Source: Octopus vulgaris (Eukaryota). From it: a stretch of 64,000 nucleotides of DNA. Each line of letters begins with the position of its first letter. The stretch's first letter is position 1. A program made the translations under genes and the position numbers. Positions 1 through 12,228 of this stretch are shown here, piece by piece. Under the pieces are notes generated by a model. That model was given only the letters and a program-made list of their open reading frames with translations. It searched no databases and had not been told where the DNA came from. The DNA lies in NCBI GenBank assembly GCA_951406725.2, contig OX597814.1, positions 170,004,001 to 170,068,000 of the forward strand, written 5' to 3'.

Positions 1-257
1 TCTCTTTATTTATGGAATCAAAGACCTCTCATTCCAAATATATTATTATTCCTACTGTTAGCTTTGAATTCTTAAACATCTTCTCTACATGAGTATTAAC
101 TCTTAAATTTTTTTATTTCTCCATATTCAATTTGTTCACATCATGCTCTTCATTTTCTTCTACTCCTCATCCATCATTCTACACTCTTAAGTTTAAATTC
201 TTTCCCCTCTTCTTTTTCTCCATTAATCTCACTTTCTTTTTTTCCTCCATCCTCCCT

Positions 258-297
<40 letters not shown>

Positions 298-429
298 ACA
301 CACTTACTTTCTCCAGATAAACTTTGTTAGGTATTCATAGACAGAAAAATCCATGCCTTGGAGTCCCTCTCTCTTCTTCTTATTCTCTATTCCTTTCCAT
401 TGTTTTTCTTTGCAAAAGAATGGTCTCTC

Positions 430-600
430 TTTGCTCTTTACTCTTTTACTTGTTTCAGTCATTTGACTGTGGCCATGCTGGAGCACCACCTTTAGTCGAG
501 CAAATCGACCCCAGGACTTATTCTTTGTAAGCCTAGTACTTATTCTATCGGTCTCTTTTTGCCAAACCACTAAGTTATGAGGACGTAAACACACCAGCAT
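430..600 (-). mobile_element. tRNA/CORE-like SINE family A, 3' part (truncated at 600)
   Basis: Matches the 3' half of the family A copies at 2106-2510 and 29841-30280 (gtttcagtcatttgactgtggccatgctggagcacc...acaccagcat), then stops abruptly. Confidence 0.85.
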
Positions 601-1234
601 TTCGCTGTAGCTGTCAGCGGGCGCGAACTCATTAAAATTAAAATGGAAGAAATACAAACCTATTTCGGATTGATCACCGACAAAGACGGTGAATTTAGGA
701 TAACACTACCAAACAAAATAAAAAATTAAATTAAAGAAAAGACTATTGTCTATAAAGTATACAATGTAGAGAAAAAAAGATTTGAACATCTGGAGGAAAG
801 CACCATCGAAAAGTGTCTTGGTGCGACTATGAAAGATATCTAATCAGAGGCGGTAAATTCGCCACAATAGAAGCAAGGTTTGAGTCAACAGAGTGTGCAA
901 GGGAGTACTCGACTCGAACCTTGCAAAGTGGAAATATTTTATTTTCACCTTTATATCTGGGACGTAGGACGTCCCGGATAAAAATTTAAAATGTCCCCCC
1001 AGAAGTAGAGGTAGGCTGGATTGTAGCCACACTTCTATACAAGAGGGAGTACAAGATACAATTGATCAAAATTGCAAGAGACGGGCCTACAATTCCAGTC
1101 TGTTATATATTTTGAGTATTGTTATCACTAGCGATATCAAGATATAACTTTGTATTTTGTATTTTATATGTAGATGTATATATATAGATGTACATGTAAT
1201 ATGTATACATATATATATACACATATATATATGC

Positions 1235-1274
1235 ACTAGCACTATGACCCGGCAATGACGGGTCATAATGCTAG

Positions 1275-1275
<1 letters not shown>
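1235..1275. repeat. 41-bp palindrome with CTAG at both ends (Helitron-like 3' hairpin)
   Basis: actagcactatgacccg-gcaatga-cgggtcataatgctagt: 17-bp arms with 1 mismatch and a 7-nt loop. Confidence 0.75.
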
Positions 1276-1308
<33 letters not shown>

Positions 1309-1310
<2 letters not shown>

Positions 1311-1490
1311 GAGGCGCAATGGCCCAGTGGTTAGACCGGGCGTTGTGAGTGTTTATTGAGCGAAAACACCTAGAAAGCTCCACGAGGCTCAGGCAGGGGG
1401 TGGTGTCATTCGAAGGCTAAAACAATGCGAACGCATTGTGACCAGCAATGTGTAACAACATCTGATGGTCTGGTCAGTCACGTGATCACG
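1309..1490 (+). mobile_element. tRNA-derived SINE family C (partial)
   Basis: Head tggaggcgcaatggcccagtggttag (A-box), same as the copy at 10405. Confidence 0.7.
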
Positions 1491-2105
1491 TGATATATAT
1501 ATATAGGTAAATCTGTCTGTGTGTCTTTCTGTCTGTGTTTGTGTCCCTCCACTGCTTGAGAACTACTGTTAATGTGTTTACATCCCCATAACTTAGTGGT
1601 TTGGCAAAATGGGACTGATAGAATGAGTACCAGGCATAAAAAAAGTCCTGAGGTTGATTTGTTCAACTAAAACCCTTCAAAGTAGTGCCCCAGAATGGCC
1701 ACAATCAAATGACTGAAACAAGTAAAAAATAAAAAGTAAAAGATAAAAAATATATGCAAAAAAAGCAACTAAAGATGAACATGTTTATTTCTATGATATA
1801 CTTGATATAGATATATAGATATATCATTGAAAAGTCAGAGACTGCAGTGGTTGTCTTAGAAAAATCCCTTTATAAACATGTTCTGTTAAAAACACAATAT
1901 ACTTCAAAGCTAGACAAAGCAAAATCGTCCTGGAAGCAACCTCAATAGAGCCAGACGTGCATTTCACCATTTTTGCAGCTTGTCAATGTCACACGTGCAA
2001 GTCAGATCTGACACAAAGTTGTCTTCGTCAGTCTAAAGTATACAAAATCAGTGATTAAACCATTCACTGGTCTTACAAATAGGCCAGTGTTAAGTATGTC
2101 ATATT

Positions 2106-2311
2106 CTCTTTTATTTGTTTCAGTCATTTGACTGTGACCATGCTGGAGCACCGCCTTTAGTCGAGCACATCGATCCCAAGACTTAATCTTTGTAAGCCTA
2201 GTACTTATTCTATCGGTCTCTTTTGCTGAACCGCTAAGTTATGGGGATGTAAACACACCAGCATCGGTTGTCAAGTGATGTTGGGGGACAAACACAGACA
2301 CACAAACATAT

Positions 2312-2344
<33 letters not shown>

Positions 2345-2510
2345 CACACGACGGGCTTCTTTCAGTTTCCATCTACAAAATCCACTCACAAGGCTTTGGT
2401 TAGCCCAAGGCTATAGTAGAAAACACTTACCCTAGGTGCCACGCAGTGGGACTGAACCCGGAACCATGTAGTTTGTAAGCAAGCTACTTACCACACAGCC
2501 ACTCTTATGC
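2106..2510 (-). mobile_element. SINE family A, full length (tRNA-like head, CORE-like segment, internal TA/TG microsatellite, CR1-like tail)
   Basis: Minus strand reads gagtggctgtgtggtaag...gggttcagtcccactgcgtggcacctagggtaagtg...tgactgaaacaaataaaagag. More than 15 similar copies or fragments occur in the window. Confidence 0.9.
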
Positions 2511-2906
2511 TTGTATACAGAAATATTTTAATCTCAAGCTACTTCTGTTGGATAATTTGAATTTTATTCAGCCTAGTATCTTTTTTGCATGTTCATCAAA
2601 TTGTTTAATTATTGTCTCTGTATACTTCAGACTGGTCAAGACTACTTCATGCCAGAAGTGATTCAAGTGCATTGCATTGGTAAACCACAACTACAGTGAA
2701 ATGTGCATTTGTCATTCTTGCAGTCACTTCTGGAAGGATTTCATTTCACCTAGCTCAGAAATTTATTGCAATTTTTATACACTACATCTATAATGCAATC
2801 TTGTCTCAGACAACTACTGCAACCTCTGACTTTCCAATGACCTACAAGCTTTATGCCATGTGTGTGTACGCATATACTTGTAATTGCTTATTTTTATACA
2901 CTCACC

Positions 2907-2971
<65 letters not shown>

Positions 2972-3147
2972 ACTTTCTCACTTTCCCTATGTTTCACTTT
3001 TCCTGATAAAGAACTAATGCTTGAAATGTTAAGACACAGTCTTCCAACTCATAAGTTTTAAACATATTCCATATTTGTCAGACTATGATCTTCTTGTGCT
3101 ACTCATTTTCTGTTTATTATCTTTGTAGTAAATAATCGTATGTAAGC

Positions 3148-3175
<28 letters not shown>

Positions 3176-3178
<3 letters not shown>

Positions 3179-3370
3179 CTGTAAATATAATATGTGAAAA
3201 TAATCGGTAGCCATGGTAAATTCCAAGTTTTGGATGTCAGGGTGGAAACCCACGCCACCATCTCTTCGAAAAAATGCTAAGAGATGGCAGCATGGGTTTC
3301 TGCCCAGGCATCCAGAACTTGGAGTTTTATCATGGTTACCGAATAATGTCACATATTATATTTACAGATA
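3176..3370. repeat. Long imperfect inverted repeat (fold-back/MITE-like), arms of about 90 bp
   Basis: tatctgtaaatataatatgtga...ccatctctt, 12-nt loop, aagagatgg...tcacatattatatttacagata; sits in (TA)n context. Confidence 0.85.
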
Positions 3371-3434
3371 AATTCCTCTATTTACATAATATTGAGGTCT
3401 CTTTCATTCTTTTCTTGTCTTATCATTTCTATCA

Positions 3435-3492
<58 letters not shown>

Positions 3493-4582
3493 GCACACAT
3501 GCATATACATACCTGTGCATATACATATATGTATGTAGACATGTATATGTATACCTATCTATCTACCTTACAATCTTGAGCCAAATACCCCAGCCAACTA
3601 GCCACACACTTTCACAGAGTTAACTGGGAACTAAACAACACAACTCATCACAGACCACCATTATACAGAACACAGTTCTTTAGAAATATATGAAATACAT
3701 CAATATGTATAAATACATTCTTCAACTCATCATTTTGTCCGACACAATTTGTTTTTCTTATTCCATGAACAAACAATGAACATTTGCTCTGTTCTTCCTT
3801 TTTCGAACTGGCTTCTGTTTCAATATATGTTAGTAAGTATTTATGGAAAATAAATACATTAAAATTAATTGATCTAATAAAAAATACTGTCATTGAGGAA
3901 AAAAATAATCACTTTTATTCAAACAAATATACTTATAATACAAAATATTTCCAGAATGGCGATGATGTATGTACATATAGATGAAATAATACAAGACTTT
4001 ATCAATGTCATAGCTGTTAAAATACCAAACTATAGTCAAAATAACTAAATGTCTGAGATGTGTATATGTCAAAGTGTCTGGGAATAGCTTCTGTTAATTA
4101 TATAACAGTTAATTATATCATAATTATATCATAGGTTTTGGCTGATTAACCTCATTTTTAGCGATGAAAATATATTTTTATTGATTATATATCAGTTTCC
4201 AATTGGCATCTGGTGTTCTGTTCATGGATGTGTGCATCATACTAGAATGGATTCCTTTGTAATTGCTTGTGGAATATGAAATGTAATAAGTATGTGCTTT
4301 ATTTATATAAGGACCTACATCTCACTGTTTATCAATATACCCAACAACTTCTTCCATTTACTCATATAATTAGAATTCTACAGACCAAGCATAAAGAAAA
4401 AAAAAAACGATAAAGTTTCTTCTCGAGTTATATAGACCCATATGACCAGATTCCCAGTTTCCATGGTATGTATATTCCTCACCATTTTTGCCAGTTGAGT
4501 GGACTGGAGCAATGTGAAATGAAGTGTTTTGCTTAAGAACACAATGTAGCAGCTGGTCCAGGAATCAAAACCACTACCTTAC

Positions 4583-4924
4583 ACAGTTCTATAATTTAAG
4601 AGATGAGGAATTATGTACATTATTTACATTATTTACATTATTTACATATGGCATAGTGGTTTAGAGTGCGGGCTACTAACCCCAAGATTCCAAGTTTGAT
4701 TCCAAGCAGTGACCTGAACAATAACAACAACAACAACAACAACAATAATAATAACAACATCAACATCGAAAAATACATTAGGAATGAGAACCCAGGTTCA
4801 AAATTTCCCCAAGACACCTGATGTAGGTTGGAGGGTATATCAGCCGAAACATTGTGTTAAGAACAAACATGATGAGGACAAATATCGGTCAAATGTAAAT
4901 AATGTAAATAATGTAAATAATGTA
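4583..4924 (+). mobile_element. Non-autonomous element: tRNA-like Pol III head + (AAC/AAT)n + hammerhead-bearing Penelope-type terminus, with inverted terminal segment
   Basis: A-box tggcatagtgg (4649-4659); B-box-like agtttgattcc (4693-4703); hammerhead-like motif 4813-4858; perfect 34-bp inverted repeat 4614-4647/4893-4926; 11-bp TSD cactaccttac/cactatcttac. Confidence 0.75.
4813..4858 (+). ncRNA. Degenerate minimal type I hammerhead ribozyme motif
   Basis: gacac-CTGATGT-a-ggttg...cagcc-GAAAC-ATT-gtgtt. Core A9 is mutated relative to the sister copies at 25545-25654. Confidence 0.65.
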
Positions 4925-5026
4925 CACTATCTTACAATCATGAGTTCAACACTCTAACAACTAAGTCACGTGCCTCCACACAGACCATACACCTTGCGTA
5001 AGAAATATCAATATTGTAAGGAACTA

Positions 5027-5240
5027 AGGTGGTGAGCTGGCAGGACTTAGCATGTTGGACAAAATGCTCTGTAGCATTTTGCCCATCTTTATGTCCTGAG
5101 TTCAAATTCCACCAAGGTTAACTTTGCCTTTTGTCCTTTTAGGATCAGTAAAATAAGTACCAGTTGAGCACTTGAGCTGATGTAATCGATTTACCCCGAC
5201 CCCTTCGAACTTGTTGGCCTTGTGCCAACATTTGAAACCT
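5027..5240 (+). mobile_element. SINE family B (tRNA head + MetaSINE-like central domain)
   Basis: ggtggtgagctggcag...gagttcaaattcc...actttgccttttgtccttt...aaaataagtaccag. Confidence 0.75.
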
Positions 5241-5249
5241 GTATTTTAA

Positions 5250-5471
5250 CCTTTTTGATACCAACCCGGCCAAAACCGCCTCTGGCTCTGTAGTACAAAT
5301 GTCTTGTTTTCATAAGTATTGAATTAAAATCTTCCACCAAACCTTAGTCACAATTTATGTTCCCAACACTAGCTTAATAATAACTAAGTTTTTTTACTAA
5401 ATTTTTTGTTATATTTAAAATTAATTGATTGAAACACAGAGCATCTCAAAATAAATACAGTAACGAAAGGG
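5250..5471. mobile_element. piggyBac-type MITE
   Basis: TTAA on both sides (5246-5249, 5472-5475); TIRs cctttttgatac / gtaacgaaaggg (9/12 match). Confidence 0.75.
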
Positions 5472-6384
5472 TTAAGGAATTAAGTTTCTATGAAAATAGC
5501 CACAAGGTTAACTGTCTAAATCACAGACTTAGGCTTCTCATAATGTACAGTCACAGAAATGGGGATAACTTATAATAATCACTAGCAATCAATACTCAGT
5601 CTTAATACAATCCAGTGAATCCACTACCACTGGTCTATGTCCTGCCTGCTGTGATTATATGATCACCATAGCAACATCTCTGACAAACTGAAACTATTTA
5701 AGCAGATTCTAACAGGCTTTAACCATTCCTCATTTGGTATAATTACACAATCATAATATACAGCTATGATATCATCCCAGTTTTTTCTACTGATGCAATT
5801 TAAACAAGATGTCAACATGAATATCTCTCATCACATTTACTATCTGAAAGGATCATAAACCTTATTTTAGCAGCTAATTGTTCATCAACTGGTGTTTTAA
5901 ATTACAATAATAAACAGCAAGAAAGAATTCTGGAGGGATTCATTTTATGTCAAAAATTGCTGGTAGGAAACTTTCTAGTAATATTAACTTCAAATTTTGG
6001 CACAAGGCCAGCAATTTCAGGGGAGGGAGTAAGTTGATTAAATCGATCCCCAGTGCTCAACTGGTATTTATTTAATCAACCCTGAAAGGATGAAAGGCAA
6101 GGCTGATCTCAGAGGGATTTAAATTTGGAATGTAAAGATGGATGAAATGCTGCAAGAATTTTGCCCGGCATGCTAACAGTTCTGCCAGATTGCCACCTAA
6201 CTACCACCCTACCACCCTTAATAATCCTTTCTGCTATATGTACAAGGTCTGAAATTTCGTGGGAGAAGTTAAGTTGGTTACATTGACTCCTGTACTTAAC
6301 TTGGTACTTATTGACCCCGAAAGGATGAAAGGCAAAATCAACGTCAGAGGAATTTGAACCTAGAACATTAACTATTTACTGTTT

Positions 6385-6795
6385 TACTGTCTTACTTGTT
6401 CCAGTCATTTGACTGTGGCCATGCTGGAGCACCGCCTTTAGTCAAGCAAATCGACCCCAGGACTTATTCTTTGTAAGCCTAGTACTTATTCTATCGGTAT
6501 CTTTTGCCGAACCGCTAAGATACAGGGACATAAACACACCAGCATCGGTTGTCAAGCGATGTGGGGGTGACAAAGACAGACACAGAAACATATACACACA
6601 CATACATACAAACATACATATATATACACATATACATGAGGGGCTTCTTTCAGTTTCCATCTACCAAATCCACTCACAAGGCTTTGGTTGCCCAAGGCTA
6701 TAGTAGAAGACACTTGCCCAAGATGCCACGCAGTGGGACTGAACCCGGAACCATGTGGTTTGTAAGCAAGCTACTTACCACACAGCCACTCCTAC
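6385..6795 (-). mobile_element. SINE family A, full length, nested among family B fragments (5990-6370, 6795-6860)
   Basis: Near-identical to 2106-2510. Confidence 0.9.
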
Positions 6796-7545
6796 GTTAA
6801 GATAGACAAAATGTTGTTTGACATTTTGCCTGGCATGCTAACGGTTCTACCACCTTAAATTTTCAAATTATGTTGCAGTCTTTAAGAATAACTGCAAAGG
6901 TTCAGTTATCAGGGCCCACTGTTGAGTTCCTCCAATTTGCTAGATTTATTCATGCTGCTATCTGATAACAAATCCACAGAATTGCCATACAGACAGAGTG
7001 AAACCAGTGCAAAACAATCATGTCTGTTTTGTTTCTACTAGAATTATTTTCAAGAGATTAAATTCTGAAGATTGTAGTTCAATAATGTTATTCTGATAAC
7101 ATTATTGATAACATTAATCAATAGCTGTACAGAAAAGCCATCACAAGGAAATCTTATTTTTGCAGGAATTTTAGTGTATTTATCCCTCATTACATCAGAA
7201 AAATCTTATATACAACCAAAATATATATCAACGTATGATTACAATTTCACATTTCTTTGAAAAAGAGTGAAAAAAAAAGGGGATTTTATTTGTATATTTA
7301 TATATAGTTTAGTTTTTTTTTATTTCTTTTATCTTTTATCCTTTATTTGCTCCGGTCCATTAGATCGCGGCCATGCTGGAGCACTGCCTCGAGGAGCTTT
7401 TAGTCAAACTTATTGACCCCAGTATTTAATTCCTTTTTAAGCCCGGTACTTATTCTATCAATCTCCTTTGCCAAACCACTAAGTTACAGGGATGTAAACA
7501 CAACACCAGTTATCAAGCAGTGGTGGGGACAAATGCAGACATAAA

Positions 7546-7605
<60 letters not shown>

Positions 7606-7852
7606 CATGTGTGTGTGTGGAGGCATATGACTTAGTGGTTAGGGTGTTGGACTCATGATTGTAAGATTGTGGTTTTGATTCCTGGACAAGACAATGTGCT
7701 GTGTTCTTGAGCAAAACAATTCACTTCACATTGCTTCAGTCCACCCAGCTGGCAAAAATGTCCAGGTGAGGAATATATGCAACACAGAAACTGCAAAAAT
7801 CGGCCCTCGTGTGTCAGTATGACTCAAGAAGGTAACTTTACCTTTACCATTG

Positions 7853-7893
7853 GGTGTGTGTGTGTGTGTGTGTGTCTGTGTGTGTCTGTGTGT

Positions 7894-7980
<87 letters not shown>

Positions 7981-8001
7981 TGTGTGTGTGTTTGTGTGTG
8001 T
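7853..8001. repeat. (GT)n microsatellite
   Basis: Direct reading of the sequence. Confidence 0.95.
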
Positions 8002-8609
8002 CTTCTGATTTGGACATTGTGAATATGTCTGGCCTTGAGGGAAATATTACTTTATTTGGAAGCAAGTGATGGTTGATAACAGCAGGAAGGACATCCAGCC
8101 ATAAAAAAAAATCTACCTCAATAAACTCTGTCCAACCCATACAACCATGGAAAAGTGGAAAAAACCATACAACCATGGAAACAATAAGGAGGAGGTGGGC
8201 TTGATTTAACCGAAGCTCATGAAAGAATACACTTGCCCAAGGTACTGCCTGGAGGGACTGAACCCCAAAAAGCCACACACTTAGAAAATGAACTTCTTAC
8301 CCTCACAGCTATGCCTGTACAACACAAAAAATGACAATATATGTTAAGCGGATTCAAACCCACTGGCTGTGTGTCTTCAGTTCCATAACTTATCCAACAC
8401 ACAACCATTTATCATAGCTTACTTAATAATGGCATATTATATGCAAATTGATATTAATTTGTCTTGTAATTAGAGAAAAAATCAATAATTTGTATGTTTT
8501 ATACTCATTGTCCATATAAGACCACTTATAAAAATATTTCAAACAATTTCCTGTCTTTTTTGTTCAACAAATCAGAGTTATTTTCTTTATTGTTTGAATG
8601 TTTTTTTTT

Positions 8610-8812
8610 TCTTTTATGTATGTATGTATGTCTATATATGCATGCAAATGTGTGCTTTGTATATATGTTATGTATGTGTATGTTTCTATATATGTGTATA
8701 TGTATATGTCTTCATATTCATGTGTGAGTATTATGTGTGTTCATATGTGTATGCTTATATGAGTATGAGTGTGTAAGTGTATATGTGTAAGTGTGTGTAT
8801 ATATATGCATAA

Positions 8813-8885
<73 letters not shown>

Positions 8886-9730
8886 TGTATGTATGTATGT
8901 ATCAGTGAATATGTGTAAGTATATAAGTGAGTATGTATGTGTATATAAGTGAGTGTGTGTTGGTGTGTGGGTGTGGGGTTGCCTGTGTGCTTATATGTGT
9001 ATGTGTGTGTGTGTACATGGATGTGTATGTGTATGTATGTGTGTGTGAGTGGGTGGGTGTGTGGGAGAGAAATGGAGAAATGTCTGGTGTATGTAAAAGA
9101 AAACAATGAGAGATATAGAAAGGAAGTGAGTAACCGATGCTGGTGTGTTTATGTGCCCTTAACTTAGCGGTTCAGCAAAATAGACTGATAGAATAAGTAC
9201 TAGGCTTACAAAGAATAAGTTCTGGGTTCGATCCGTTCAACTAAAGGTGGTGCTCCTGCATGGTCACAGTCAAATGACTGACACAAATAGAAGAATAAGA
9301 GTATAAGAGAATAAAAGAATATGTATGCAAGAAAGAGAGAGCGAGAGAAAGAGAGAGAGAGAGAGAAAGAGAAAAAGAGAAAGAGAGAGAGAAAGAGAGA
9401 GAGAAAAAGAGAGAGAGAAAGAGAGGGACATATGGAGGAAGAGAAGGTGTATGTATAAGAGAAAGACACAGGGAAAGAAAATGGAGAGAGAGCAAGTATG
9501 TGTATGTGAGAAAGAGATAGAGGAAGAATGAAGTGTGTATGTGAGAGGGAGAGGAAGAAAGGGATAGATATGTGTGTGTGTTGTATGGGTAGTGTATGTG
9601 TGTTGTGTGGGTATTGTGTGTGTGTGAGACAGTGGAAGAAAGAAATAGAGTAAAGAGTGTATATGTATGTGAGGAAGAGAGAGAGACAAATGGTAACACA
9701 TCTGTGTGTTTGTGTGTGTGTGTGTGTGGA
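8610..9730. repeat. Compound low-complexity region (TATG, TA, GT, GA) containing a family A SINE tail at about 9130-9320
   Basis: Direct reading of the sequence. Confidence 0.85.
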
Positions 9731-10404
9731 TCCGTCTGTTTATGTGTCTGAGTTGTTCTATGCTCTTCCCCCTCCCCCCTCCACTATAGCATTTCTGTAA
9801 AGTATGTAAAAAAAAAAGGAAAACAACATAATATGAAAGAACTTTCACCCTAAACCAACCCACAAAATAATAATTAAAATAATTTTCAAAAAAAAAAAAA
9901 TTTCAAATGAAGCCTGGCAAACTTATCCTATTGTACCAAAATACCAAAATCTGAAGAGTTTGCCAGACACAACTGCTAGGGATAAAGAAATATTCTTCTC
10001 AGATTTTCTTTTCTTTTTTTTTTTTTTTTTTTTGCTTTTCAAATTTTACTAGTAGTGCACAATTTATTAATAAATATCCCAGCATTTTGCACTGAGACAA
10101 TTAATAGAGTGGAAACACATTAATGAAACAAATAAGTAAATTATCAAACAGAATGATTAAACATGAAATTATTTGCTAAAAGTGCCTGAAGTAAAACAAC
10201 AGAAATATAATATTGGATATTTGTTTTAATGTTTGTTATTTGGTTGTTCAAAGATTTACATGAACATACATATACATATATACCACACATTTCTCATATA
10301 TAAATATCATATATATATATATTTCTATATATATATACATATATATGTATGTATGTATATATATATATAGAAATATATATATATGTCTGTGTATGTGTGT
10401 GTGT

Positions 10405-10710
10405 GTGGAGGCACAATGGCCCAGTGGTTAGGGCAGCAGACTCGCAGTCAGAGGATCGCGGTTTTGATTCCCAGACTGGGCATTGTGTGTGTTTATTGTG
10501 CGAAAACACCTAAAGCTCCATGAAGCTCTGGCAGAGGTGGTGGCGACCCCTGTTGTACTCTTTTGCCCCAACTTTCTCTCACTCCTTCATCCTGTTTCTT
10601 GGGTAATGCTGCGATGGACTGGCATTCCGTCCAGCTGGGGGGAACACATATGCCACAGAAACTGGGAAACCGGACCCATTAGTCTGGCCAGCCTTGAAAA
10701 AGGCACATAA
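10405..10710 (+). mobile_element. SINE family C
   Basis: A-box tggcccagtggttag, B-box ggttttgattcc, tail gctgcgatggactggcattccgtccag...agaaactggga. Confidence 0.8.
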
Positions 10711-10747
10711 ATATATATATATATACCACAAATTTCCCATATATATA

Positions 10748-10798
<51 letters not shown>

Positions 10799-10971
10799 TT
10801 GACTGCAAGGATTGAATAAACTAGATTATTTTACCAAACACACATCCATATATCTATGGCTTGCTTCCATTCTGTCACTCACCTTGCTGTATATGCATGT
10901 GTATGTATTTTCTTACACATACACACACACACACACATACACACACACATGCACATATATATATATTTATA

Positions 10972-11725
10972 CGAGGTGGTATCAAAAGGTTACTGGACTA
11001 ATTATGTTTAATAAAAAAATAACTTATTTACCTAAATTTCAATACCATCTCCTTTGAAATAGTCACCTTACACAGCAATACACCAGTCCCAGCATTTCTG
11101 CCACTTTCGGAATCTGGCCTGGAAGAAGTTGTTTTTGAGCTCTTTCTGCAATTCTCTCTGGATCTTGACAATGGTGTTAAAACAGCGACCTTTGATCTAC
11201 ATTTTCCTCTTGGGGAAGAGGTGGAAATTCACAGATGTTAAATCTGGTGAACAGAGTCGGCACAGAAGCAATACTATGTTGTTTTAGGCAAGAAACTTAC
11301 AAGCGAGGAGAGCTTGGTGAAGAATCCGGTTGCTTTGGCTAACTGTTCATCTTCAAATGCTTCAAAATTTCGCAGTACAACTCTCGATTGATGGTCTGGC
11401 CTTAGGGGATGAGTTTTCAATGCACAATTCCACATTTCTGGGACTGGTACTTGTGGAAAATCTTCCAGATCATTCATCCATCTTCCAGCGACATTCTTCC
11501 ACTTTTGAAGAGCTTGTGCCCTTTTACTCTTTTACTTGTTTCAATCATTTGACTGTGGTCATGCTGGAGCACTGCCTTTAGTTGAGCAAATCAACCCCAG
11601 GACTTATTCTTTGTAAGCCTAGTACTTATTCTATTGGTCTCTTTTGCCAAACCTCTAAGTTACGGGGATGCAAACACACCAGCATCAATTGTCAAGCGAT
11701 GTTGGGGGAACAAACACAAACACAC

Positions 11726-11756
<31 letters not shown>

Positions 11757-12228
11757 CGACGGGCTTCTTTTAGTTTCCATCTACCAAATCCACTCACAAG
11801 GCTTTGGTCAGCCCGAGGCTATAGTAGAAGACACTTACCCAAGGTGTCCCACCGTAAGACTGAACCCGGAACCATGTGGTTGATAAGCAAGCTACTAACC
11901 ACACAGCCACTCCTGCACCTACTCAAAACATTGCATGCAACCCTCTGCCTCATTGCTGTAAGCTTGCTGAAGCATGCTCAATGTCTTTCTAGCAGACTTA
12001 CCAAGTTTAACACAAAATTTTACGTTGGCTTTTTATTCCAACTTCCTGTCCATAACAAAATCACAAACTACAGCACACACGTGGCCACAAAAACACAAAT
12101 TTCACACCCTGTGAAGCAACACATTATTTCACAAAGGTCACTGTTAGCTCTCACTGTGCGCATGGCTGTGTGCTGCCATCTGTTGGCACGCTACAAAACC
12201 AGTCTGGAAACTTCTTGATACCACCTCA
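10972..12228 (-). mobile_element. Defective mariner-like element with a family A SINE inserted at about 11522-11920
   Basis: TA-flanked TIRs cgaggtggtatcaaaagg / cttcttgataccacctca. The minus strand near 11930-12030 encodes a mariner N-terminus (KFCVKLGKSARETLSMLQQAYSNEA). Confidence 0.8.

Larger units (their letters stand above)
4420..4980 (-). mobile_element. SINE family C, split by an insertion at 4583-4924
   Basis: gagtggactggagcaatgtgaaatgaagtgttttgc...ggaatcaaaacc | ttacaatcatgagttcaac...gcctcca is collinear with the intact copy at 37825-38085. Confidence 0.8.

Noticed and set aside
4649-4715. Functional tRNA gene (also other SINE heads)
   Set aside because: A and B boxes are present, but there is no convincing cloverleaf or acceptor stem, and the sequence continues into repeat bodies.
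11634-12218. Recurrent peptides such as SRRHLPKVP..GTEPGTMWL and QIHSQGF..EDTCPRCHAVGLNPEPCG
   Set aside because: They are antisense translations of family A SINE copies, not a gene family.
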